A stretch of 59,882 nt of DNA, from the NCBI GenBank assembly GCA_028695445.1, contig JAQVIV010000002.1, positions 1 to 59,882 on the forward strand, written 5' to 3'. Each line of letters begins with the position of its first letter. The stretch's first letter is position 1. Shown here in pieces: positions 15,638-23,045 of the stretch. Under the pieces are notes generated by a model that saw only the letters and a list, made by a program, of their open reading frames with translations, was not told the origin of the DNA and ran no database searches. This stretch comes from Candidatus Shapirobacteria bacterium (lineage in GTDB: Bacteria > Patescibacteriota > Microgenomatia > 0-14-0-10-38-17). The translations under genes were made by a program, and so were the position numbers.

Positions 15638-16558
15638 ATGAAAGATTTGACATTTACCATTGAAGAAAAGAAAGTCGATGGCGCTTACAGCCAGTTTGAG
15701 ATTAGCCCTCTGGAAGCCGGTTTCGGTCATACTTTGGGTACTTCTTTAAGAAGAGTATTATTGACGGCTTTGCCTGGGGCGGCTGTTACCGATGTTGTTT
15801 TTAATGGCGCCAATCACCAATTTACCACCTTACCGGGGGTTAAAGAAGATCTGGTAGAGGTTGTTTTAAACCTCAAAAAGGTTCGTTTTTCGGTTAAGAG
15901 TGGGGAAAGCTTCGAGTCGGTTAAGGTTGTTTTGGAAAAAATCGGCCCGGGTGAAGTTAGAGCTGGCGATTTGGAAGTGCCGGCCCAAATAGAAGTTGCT
16001 AATAAAGATCTGGTTATTGCCAGCCTTTCTGATAAGAAGAGCCGTTTGAAAGCCCAAATAACCGTTTCTTTTGGGGTTGGTTATTCGCCTTCTGAGGAAC
16101 GTCCTTCTGATGTTTTGGGTGTCATTGTTACCGATGCCCTTTTTAGTCCCATTAAAAAGGTTAATATTGCCGTTGACGATGTTCGAGTGGGTCGAGAGAC
16201 AAATTATGATAAATTGATTTTAGATGTTTGGACAGACGGGACGATTCCGGCCAAGATGGCTCTCAGCCAATCGGCCAAGATTTTAGCCTCTTATTTTAAG
16301 CAAGTTTACCAACCCAATAATCACCCGGAAGAGGAGGGAGAGAAAAAAACCAAAGAACCGGCGGCAATGAAAGAAAGCGTTGCCGAGACAAAATTGCCCA
16401 CCAGAACGGTTAATGCGTTAGAAAAAGCCGGCTACAAAACTATCGCTGATTTGGCCAAGGCTGGTCCTAAAGAGTTGGCTCAGGTAAAAAATTTGGGAAA
16501 AAAATCAGTCGAGTTGGTAGAAAAGGTTCTGAATAAGAAGGGGGTTGGCTGGTCGTGA
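15638..16558 (+). CDS. rpoA: DNA-directed RNA polymerase subunit alpha
   Basis: GFGHTLG..LRRVLL..LPGAA motif. C-terminal domain has L..R..N.L..AGY.TI.DL. ATG 15638 is preferred over the TTG at 15620 used by the track. Confidence 0.95.
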   Translation: MKDLTFTIEEKKVDGAYSQFEISPLEAGFGHTLGTSLRRVLLTALPGAAVTDVVFNGANHQFTTLPGVKEDLVEVVLNLKKVRFSVKSGESFESVKVVLEKIGPGEVRAGDLEVPAQIEVANKDLVIASLSDKKSRLKAQITVSFGVGYSPSEERPSDVLGVIVTDALFSPIKKVNIAVDDVRVGRETNYDKLILDVWTDGTIPAKMALSQSAKILASYFKQVYQPNNHPEEEGEKKTKEPAAMKESVAETKLPTRTVNALEKAGYKTIADLAKAGPKELAQVKNLGKKSVELVEKVLNKKGVGWS

Positions 16559-17091
16559 GACACCAAAAAAAGGGTAGGAAATTAAATCGACACACCAAAG
16601 CCAGAAAAGCTCTTTTTAAAAATCTTCTAACAAGTTTTTTTTTAAACGGTTTCTTAACTACCACTGAAGCCAAAGCCAAAGCCATTAAGGATAAAATTGA
16701 TCACCTGGTTAGCAAGGCCAAAAGCCCCAACCTGGTTAACAGGCGCTTTATTTACGCATATTTGACTAAACCGTCAGCGGCGGCAAAGCTGATTAACGAA
16801 ATCGCTCCTAAATTGGCCAAAAGAAACGGCGGCTACAGCCGGATAATTAAATTAGGAACCAGGACCGGAGATCAGGCGGCGATGGCCAAAGTTGAACTGG
16901 TTGTTCCTTTAGAAAAGACTGCCGAAGAGGCAAAGACTGAAAGTAAAAAAAAGAGTCGGGAAGAGACCAAGGAAAAAGCTTCTGGTGTTTCGAAAAAAAG
17001 AACCTCTTCCCCAAAGAAATCAACCGCTAGCGCCAAGAAAACTGCCAAAAAAAGCCCAAGTAAATCAACCAAAAAGAATGACTCAAAATAA
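16555..17091 (+). CDS. rplQ: 50S ribosomal protein L17 with about 60-aa Lys/Ser/Thr-rich C-terminal tail
   Basis: MRHQKKGRKLNR....R.AL..NL....F......TT..KAK core. The tail contains SPKK/KKSPSK motifs. The GTG start overlaps the rpoA stop. Confidence 0.93.
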   Translation: MRHQKKGRKLNRHTKARKALFKNLLTSFFLNGFLTTTEAKAKAIKDKIDHLVSKAKSPNLVNRRFIYAYLTKPSAAAKLINEIAPKLAKRNGGYSRIIKLGTRTGDQAAMAKVELVVPLEKTAEEAKTESKKKSREETKEKASGVSKKRTSSPKKSTASAKKTAKKSPSKSTKKNDSK

Positions 17092-17503
17092 AACCACCGC
17101 CACCAAACAGGCCGATATTAAAAGATCTTGGCACCTGATTGATGCCGAAAACCAGGTCTTGGGTCGTTTGGCCACTAAAATTGCCACCCTGTTAATGGGT
17201 AAGGGTAAAACTTATTTTACCCGTCGTCTTGATTGCGGTGATTATGTGGTGGTTATTAATGCCCAAAGGGTTCGCTTAACGGGCAAAAAAGTCGATCAAA
17301 AGACTTATCAGCGTTATTCTGGCTACCCGGGTGGCAGAAAAGAAGTTGCCTTTGGTAAAATGTTGGCCGAACAGCCGGGAAAAGTGATTCGTCATGCTGT
17401 GATGGGAATGCTGCCCAAGAATAAATTACAGGCTAAAATGATTACCAGGCTTCATGTTTTTGCCGGCCCTGAACATAAATTTGAAGAAAAATTTAAAAAA
17501 TAA
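17078..17503 (+). CDS. rplM: 50S ribosomal protein L13
   Basis: Starts MTQNKTTATKQADIKRSWHLIDAENQVLGRLAT.IA..L.GK... The track ORF extends upstream into the rplQ tail; ATG 17078 is preferred. Confidence 0.93.
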   Translation: MTQNKTTATKQADIKRSWHLIDAENQVLGRLATKIATLLMGKGKTYFTRRLDCGDYVVVINAQRVRLTGKKVDQKTYQRYSGYPGGRKEVAFGKMLAEQPGKVIRHAVMGMLPKNKLQAKMITRLHVFAGPEHKFEEKFKK

Positions 17504-17511
17504 AGACAGTT

Positions 17512-17913
17512 ATGGCTAAAAAACCAATTGTCAAAACTATCGGTTCCAGAAAAAGGGCTACCGCCCGAGTTTGGCTTTATAGGGGTAAAGGAGACATGGT
17601 TGTTAATGACCAGCCGATTGAAGAATATTTTCCTCTTTCCTTAAGACAGGGCCGATTAGAGGAGCCTTTTTTGGTAACAGACACAAGAGGTAAGTATTAT
17701 GCCACCATTAAGGTGGCCGGCGGTGGTAAAAGCGCCCAGGTTGAGGCTGTTATTCACGGTTTGGCCAGAGCCCTGGACAGCGTTGATAAAGAAAAATATC
17801 ATTCCCTGCTTAAAAAAGCCGGTTTCTTAACCCGAGATCCCAGAGAAAAAGAAAGAAGGAAGCCGGGAACCGCTCGCAGTGCCCGGGCCAAGCGTCAATC
17901 CCCGAAACGATAA
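17512..17913 (+). CDS. rpsI: 30S ribosomal protein S9
   Basis: G.RK.A.ARV.L..G.G...VN, GGG.S.Q..A..HG.ARAL, RD.R.KERRK.G...AR...Q.SKR. Confidence 0.97.
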   Translation: MAKKPIVKTIGSRKRATARVWLYRGKGDMVVNDQPIEEYFPLSLRQGRLEEPFLVTDTRGKYYATIKVAGGGKSAQVEAVIHGLARALDSVDKEKYHSLLKKAGFLTRDPREKERRKPGTARSARAKRQSPKR

Positions 17914-18158
17914 TTCTCTCTGTCGTTGTTCTGATGAAATTGTTTTTTTGAAAACAATAACCAAACCCAAACCAGCCCTTTCTTCCTAGAATACTTTACT
18001 TATAATACCCCAAAACCTCTTTTTATAAATACGGTACAGTAATTATTAATTATCCTGTATTTTTATTTTCGGGGTTGGGGATTAGTTAATAATATAAAGT
18101 AAGGCGGGGGGAAAATCGGGATGAGAAAAGATACCGCGAGGGCAAAGGGGCGGGTGTT

Positions 18159-19073
18159 TTATTTTTTCTTCTTCTTAAAGTATTTGAAAAGAATAATTGC
18201 CAAGACTATTGGCACCCAAATTGCCCCATAAACACCAAGCCAAATTAGGCTTTTGGCCAAGCCCCTCAGGGTTAAAATCATTGACCGAACCGCCTGTTTG
18301 AAAATTACTAAAGGTCTAAAAGTTTCTGAGGGCTGGTAGGGAAGAGCTAATTCATCAGTCGAAAGATGAATGGTTATTAAAGAAAGTCGGGCGGTTTTTT
18401 CCAAGTATTCTTGCCTGCCGATAAGAGTATCGATCTGATTTTGAAGACTAATAATTTCTCTTTGGGCCGATAGAATGTCATTAATTTCTCTGGCCTGGTC
18501 CATAATTTCTTCTAACCTTCCTTTAGTTTGTTCCAGGGTGGCTAATTTTTTACCAATATCTTCGTATTGATCGGTAACATCGCTGGCGTTAACCTGTTCG
18601 GAAACTACCTTAACTGCCAACTCCCTAAAATGTCCTATAACCTCTTCAATTTTTTCTGAGGGTACTCTGAGGCTAAGGTAACCGTAGGGGGCTTCTTCGG
18701 GCTGGCTAAGAGAGCGAGAGACCATAAACCCACCGGCGCTTTCGGTTTTTTGGGCAATTGCCTCTGATGTTTGTCTAACATCATCAACCAACAAAGAAAG
18801 ATTGGTTTGGGTAACTACCATTCGCTCGGAGCTTTCCGAAGGAGGAGCTTCTTGTTCTGGAATGGGTGGGATGCCAATAGATGAGCGGGCCAATTTGGGT
18901 TCTGCCAGGTCAACAGAGGACTCAAGGCCAAACCCGGACATTGGATAATTATCCAAGCCATAGCGAGGGGTAAACAAACCAATTTGGGAAAGCAAATAAA
19001 ATATCACCAAACCCATTACTAGCAGTAGAAAAGAGGCCGGTTTGTTATTTTTAACCCAATTGATAATTTTCAT
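18159..19073 (-). CDS. DUF4349 domain-containing membrane protein
   Basis: N-terminal TM, then LSLRVPSEKIEEV......L, a coiled-coil segment (DVTDQYEDI..KL..LE....RL), and a C-terminal TM. ATG 19073 is preferred because the TTG at 19118 is part of a TTGACA hexamer. Confidence 0.8.
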   Translation of the reverse strand: MKIINWVKNNKPASFLLLVMGLVIFYLLSQIGLFTPRYGLDNYPMSGFGLESSVDLAEPKLARSSIGIPPIPEQEAPPSESSERMVVTQTNLSLLVDDVRQTSEAIAQKTESAGGFMVSRSLSQPEEAPYGYLSLRVPSEKIEEVIGHFRELAVKVVSEQVNASDVTDQYEDIGKKLATLEQTKGRLEEIMDQAREINDILSAQREIISLQNQIDTLIGRQEYLEKTARLSLITIHLSTDELALPYQPSETFRPLVIFKQAVRSMILTLRGLAKSLIWLGVYGAIWVPIVLAIILFKYFKKKKK

Positions 19074-19140
19074 ATCTTTTCTTATTTTAAGAGTATCGCC
19101 AACCTTGTCGATTGTCAACTTGGTTTTTAAATTAAAGGAA

Positions 19141-19149
19141 TGTTATAAT
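19141..19149 (+). promoter_or_regulatory. extended -10 (tgttataat) for tRNA-Tyr
   Basis: TGtTATAAT ends 16 nt before tRNA position 1. Confidence 0.45.
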
Positions 19150-19165
19150 ATTTTGGCATTATTAA

Positions 19166-19247
19166 CCAGGGGTGGCGGAGTGGTCAATCGCACCAGTCTG
19201 TAAAACTGGCGGGTTTCCCTACATAGGTTCGAATCCTATCCCCTGGA
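19166..19247 (+). tRNA. tRNA-Tyr (GTA), class II long variable arm, no encoded CCA
   Basis: Hand fold. Acceptor ccagggg/cccctgg, anticodon arm ccagt-ctGTAaa-actgg, variable arm cgggtttccctac, T arm atagg-ttcgaat-cctat, discriminator A. Confidence 0.85.
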
Positions 19248-19326
19248 CACAGGGGAATAGATGAGAACCTATCAAAGGTTCTGGCCAACAAGACGAAAGA
19301 GCCGATCGGGCTGTTATTACACCAAT
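19228..19326 (+). repeat. 99-bp direct repeat copy 1 (tRNA-Tyr 3' end plus 79 bp downstream)
   Basis: Base-for-base identical to 19358-19456. Confidence 0.95.
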
Positions 19327-19357
19327 TAACAAAGCAAAAAAGGCGGTTCTTGTCGTC

Positions 19358-19456
19358 TTCGAATCCTATCCCCTGGACACAGGGGAATAGATGAGAACCT
19401 ATCAAAGGTTCTGGCCAACAAGACGAAAGAGCCGATCGGGCTGTTATTACACCAAT
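19358..19456 (+). repeat. 99-bp direct repeat copy 2 (orphan tRNA-Tyr 3' fragment plus downstream sequence)
   Basis: Identical to 19228-19326, separated by a 31-bp unique spacer (taacaaagcaaaaaaggcggttcttgtcgtc). Confidence 0.95.
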
Positions 19457-19460
19457 AATT

Positions 19461-19904
19461 TTGGTCATAAAAATTGAAAGATTACCAGCTCCGTTATCCA
19501 AGGCGGCGGAAACAATGTTTCGGATTTTACCCCTTTTTTCAAGAAAAATTACTTCGGACTTTGAAACCGACAGGATGGCTAGGGAACAGGGCCAAACAAT
19601 AATCGACTTTGTTCTTTCTGAACACGATTGTTATCGCCCCGATTCTCCTCAAAAAACACCTCTGTATTATTATCTTTTGAGGCAAATAGAACAGGCCGAT
19701 ATTTTTTTACCCAATAACAAACCCAATGATGATAGCCCCGTCAAGACTGAAAAAATGACCCCAGAAGAAAAATTGTTAGCGGTTTTATCTGTGGCCAGAG
19801 AGACATTATCAGATTTTGATCAAGCTGATGATGGGCAGAAGAGAACCACTTTAGGCTTTTTTTCCCTTCTTGGCCAAATCTGTAAGCCCCAAAAGATTGA
19901 TTAA
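19461..19904 (+). CDS. hypothetical protein (start uncertain; ATG alternatives at 19515 and 19575)
   Basis: 147-aa ORF from a TTG. No recognisable motif. Confidence 0.4.
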   Translation: MVIKIERLPAPLSKAAETMFRILPLFSRKITSDFETDRMAREQGQTIIDFVLSEHDCYRPDSPQKTPLYYYLLRQIEQADIFLPNNKPNDDSPVKTEKMTPEEKLLAVLSVARETLSDFDQADDGQKRTTLGFFSLLGQICKPQKID

Positions 19905-19983
19905 AATTTTCAACCCCTTAGAAACAAACAGATTTGGGTCCTTAGATTATTTTTTATTGGGGTTATTTTTGTTTGGGGAAACA

Positions 19984-20044
19984 GGAGAGGGAAACAGGCT
20001 TTTTTAATCACCAAAAAGTGGCGATAAGCTTGTTTCACCTCTCC
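19984..20044. terminator. long hairpin between convergent genes (possible bidirectional terminator)
   Basis: ggagagg+gaaacaggc pairs with gcttgtttc+(a)+cctctcc. That gives about 16 bp with one G:U pair and one bulge. No clean U-run follows. Confidence 0.3.
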
Positions 20045-20058
20045 CCGGTTAAAGAGCG

Positions 20059-20430
20059 CTAGACTGCCAAGACCTCTTGACGGATTTCTTGGAGATACCC
20101 CAAGAGTGTCAATCTTTGGTCAGGAGGCAGGTCTTTCACCCGATTAATCCTTCTCTCTGTTTCTAGGCAGAGAGAGATTAATCCTTTGATCCCATTCCGA
20201 GGACCTCGTCTGCTAGTCCCCTTTCTTTTGGGAATGGGGATACTTCGATTGAGCCTTTCGGCCATTTGGGTGGTGCAGGAACAAATATGTTCCCACCTTC
20301 GATCACTCACCTTGGCCTTGGCAACACAGCTCAGGAAATTTCTGAGAATGATCAGAACCTCCTCTTGGGGAGAGACCTCATTGTCTTTCCCACTCGACAA
20401 CGGACACCTAGACCTGGCTCCTCGCAACAT
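20059..20430 (-). CDS. hypothetical protein, compositionally atypical (visibly higher GC)
   Basis: 123 aa. Strong SD (aaaggaggg) lies 9 nt upstream of the ATG. Cys/Arg-rich, with no recognised motif. Confidence 0.55.
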   Translation of the reverse strand: MLRGARSRCPLSSGKDNEVSPQEEVLIILRNFLSCVAKAKVSDRRWEHICSCTTQMAERLNRSIPIPKRKGTSRRGPRNGIKGLISLCLETERRINRVKDLPPDQRLTLLGYLQEIRQEVLAV

Positions 20431-20525
20431 GATAGATAGCCCTCCTTTTCAGCTACACTAAATCGAACCCCAATGGTTCGATTACGACCACAATGTCGGA
20501 CGCGCTCTTTTTATATTAAAGAACC

Positions 20526-20566
20526 AAAAGCCCCAAAATTAACGCTAAAATGTTAATTGGCTTTTT
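20526..20566. terminator. hairpin with flanking A/T runs downstream of the GT-C::GH3 gene
   Basis: aaaagcc(ccaa)aattaac-gctaaaat-gttaattggcttttt. Confidence 0.4.
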
Positions 20567-20614
20567 ATCACTAGTAAAATATAGTATCAAAAAAAAGGTT
20601 TTTTTTCAAATTAA

Positions 20615-23038
20615 TTATTTAATTAGGTTCTGGGCTCTTTCGAGGGCGCGGCTGATTAGGGCGGGGTTGATTTCGCCGGCCTCAATTAGCTGTTCTAAAT
20701 TTTTTAAGAGATTTTCCTCTGGTTGGCTAATAATAAATAAATCAGCTCCCGCCTTTAGTCCTAAAGCAATCGCTTGACTTTGAGAATATTTCTGGCTAAT
20801 TGCTTTCATCACCAAATCATCAATAATAACCGGCCCCTGATAGTCTAGTTTTTGTCTTAACAGGGCATTGATAAAAATTGGCGATAAGCTGGTTGGTAAG
20901 TTGGGGTCAATTTGGGGGTAGGCAAGGTGAGTAACCATAACGCCGTCAGCTAAACCAACCAGCTTTTGAAAAGGAAGAAGATCTTTTTCTAAATTGCCCT
21001 GATCAATGTTAATTTCCGGTAGGCCAAAATGAGGGTCAAGGCTAGTACGGCCCAAGCCACCTGGAAAATGTTTAACAATTGTTTTGATACCGGCCTGGTG
21101 GTAGCCGTCGATCATGGCTTTGCCAAAAGCGGTTACTCGGTCAGGGTCATCAGAAAAAGACCGCTCTTCTCTGGCAATATAGCTATTTTTTAGATAGCCA
21201 ACATCAATGACCGGAGCCAAATTTACACCGACTCCGTTCCTTTTTAACATGATTCCCCTAACCTTGGCTAATCTAAAAGCCTCTTCTTGGTTCTCCACCT
21301 GATTTTGACTGATATTGGGCGATTCTTGAAATCGATTCACCCGGCCGCCTTCTTGATCGGCAAAAACCATGATCTTGTTGCTGGGGTTAATTTGATTTGA
21401 GTGTAAAACTAGTTGTCCGCCAAAACCTGGTTCGGCAGAGATTATTAGCTTTTTGATTTTTTCTAAAGCGTTTTCATTTTTATTTTCTAAATAAACGATT
21501 TTGCCAAAACCAGATAATTTTTCTGTTTCGGGGATTTGATAAAGAATGTTGGCTTCCGAGCCGCCAGATTGGGCAAAGGTTTTTATAACTTGGCTTTTCT
21601 CTATGGCCTGTTTAATGAACTGATAGTTGTTTTTCTCTATTTCACCCATCATTCCCGGCGTGGTTAAAAAATAGTCTATTTTTTGCCACTGGCCCTCAAG
21701 TTTACCCTCTTTTATTTGGGGATCCTTTTCCACCTTGGAAAACCATTCGGTGCGGCCAAATCCTGGTTGGTTGGGATCGACCTTAAGATCAGTATAAAAA
21801 AGAGGATCGGTGACAATAACGGCGCTGGTATCAACGTTTTCCCTTATAAATTTTAGACTGTTAATGTGAGCCTGGTTTTTATTTGCCAGGTAAACTTTTG
21901 GGTTTTGAAGAATTAAAAGAAAGACAATGGCTCCGCCAATAAGCAGGATTTTTTTAGTCTTGGCTTGGTAATTAAATTTATTACTCATTATTTTTAGAAC
22001 AAGAGCAATGTTTAGGCACCAAAGAACAATCTGCGGAACCAAATAAAAACCCAAAACCACTCCGCCTCGCAACAAATACCAGGCAAAGATAAGATTCATG
22101 ACTAAAAAGGGAAAAGATAGCGGATTTTTAAGGTTGAGCAAGAGTATAAAGGCTGTCCATAAGCCAAGAATAGGCAAAATAATATCAATTTCTAGCCAGC
22201 CGATAATTGCCTTTCTGATATCGCTTTCCGGGTTTAGAAGATTACCCCCTTCCCGGCCGCTCTGAAAAACAACTCCCTCAATCCAGGAAACATGCTGTCT
22301 TTGTCCGGGTAGCCAGGAGGCTGGCAACAGTTCTAATTTTAAATAAGCCAAAAGCGGGAAAAGCAGGGCGACAAATCCCAAAGAAAGCAACCAAGTTGAA
22401 ATTAAAAATGGACGAGTCGGACCAGATGACTTTTTGTAAACCAAAATAAAGAGACCGGGAATTAAAAAAAGACTGGTTTCTTTTGACAGGAAGGCTAGTC
22501 CGGTCATCAGGCCGGAAATCAGGAAGACAAGCAATCTTTTTTTGGAGGTTAAAAGTAGATATAGACCAGTTAAAAAATAAAGAATAGCCAGATTGTCTAG
22601 AAGTAATTGTCTTTGGTAGGTGATAGCCAAGGGTGAAAAGATAAAGACAAGAACAGGAAGGACGGCAAGGGATTTGCTTTTAGTGATGTTAATGACAATT
22701 TTGGTCAATAAAAATGTTGAGATGGCGGTTGCTAGGACCATAAAGATTCTTCCGGAATTAACGGAAAAACCAAAGGCAAATGGTCCCCCGGTTAGTTTTT
22801 GCCAAAAACCGATTTGCAGCCAGCCAAACGGCGAGTGATCATACCAATAGGTATAGGGTGAAAGCTGGCCATACTCTACCAGCCACCAACCCTGTGAAGC
22901 ATAGATGCCTTCATCACCCAAGAATTCCGGATAGCCAAAAATATTAATGAGGCGAACAAGGGCCGAAAAAAGCCCCAGCAATAAAGGCAGGCTATTTTTT
23001 TTTCGGGATAGGTTTTTAATTAAGGCAAGGATTTTCAT
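20615..23038 (-). CDS. fusion protein: N-terminal GT-C (PMT/ArnT-like) membrane glycosyltransferase plus C-terminal GH3 (NagZ-like) domain
   Basis: 807 aa. The N-terminal half has about 10 or more hydrophobic helices and an early DEG motif in the first loop. The C-terminal part carries ADQEGGRVNRF, GVNLAPVIDV, KHFPGGLG and IIDDLVMKAI (GH3 N-terminal domain signatures). Confidence 0.75.
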   Translation of the reverse strand: MKILALIKNLSRKKNSLPLLLGLFSALVRLINIFGYPEFLGDEGIYASQGWWLVEYGQLSPYTYWYDHSPFGWLQIGFWQKLTGGPFAFGFSVNSGRIFMVLATAISTFLLTKIVINITKSKSLAVLPVLVFIFSPLAITYQRQLLLDNLAILYFLTGLYLLLTSKKRLLVFLISGLMTGLAFLSKETSLFLIPGLFILVYKKSSGPTRPFLISTWLLSLGFVALLFPLLAYLKLELLPASWLPGQRQHVSWIEGVVFQSGREGGNLLNPESDIRKAIIGWLEIDIILPILGLWTAFILLLNLKNPLSFPFLVMNLIFAWYLLRGGVVLGFYLVPQIVLWCLNIALVLKIMSNKFNYQAKTKKILLIGGAIVFLLILQNPKVYLANKNQAHINSLKFIRENVDTSAVIVTDPLFYTDLKVDPNQPGFGRTEWFSKVEKDPQIKEGKLEGQWQKIDYFLTTPGMMGEIEKNNYQFIKQAIEKSQVIKTFAQSGGSEANILYQIPETEKLSGFGKIVYLENKNENALEKIKKLIISAEPGFGGQLVLHSNQINPSNKIMVFADQEGGRVNRFQESPNISQNQVENQEEAFRLAKVRGIMLKRNGVGVNLAPVIDVGYLKNSYIAREERSFSDDPDRVTAFGKAMIDGYHQAGIKTIVKHFPGGLGRTSLDPHFGLPEINIDQGNLEKDLLPFQKLVGLADGVMVTHLAYPQIDPNLPTSLSPIFINALLRQKLDYQGPVIIDDLVMKAISQKYSQSQAIALGLKAGADLFIISQPEENLLKNLEQLIEAGEINPALISRALERAQNLIK

Positions 23039-23045
23039 ATTTTTT

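Noticed and set aside
16985-17077. Upstream extension of the rplM ORF overlapping the L17 tail.
   Set aside because: The extension (MFRKKEPLPQRNQ...) is an alternative reading of Lys-rich tail DNA. The L13 homology begins at the ATG at 17078.
17937-17956. attgtttt-tttg-aaaacaat hairpin after rpsI as the operon terminator.
   Set aside because: It is an all-A/T 8-bp stem with no downstream U-run, which is too weak to call a terminator.
19184-19501. 105-aa minus-strand ORF.
   Set aside because: It is antisense to tRNA-Tyr and spans both copies of the 99-bp repeat, so it is an artefact of the duplication.
19457-20614. Prophage or integrative element next to the duplicated tRNA-Tyr end.
   Set aside because: No integrase, recombinase, transposase or phage-like gene is recognisable here or elsewhere in the window. 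Only the scar-like duplication and orphan genes are reported.
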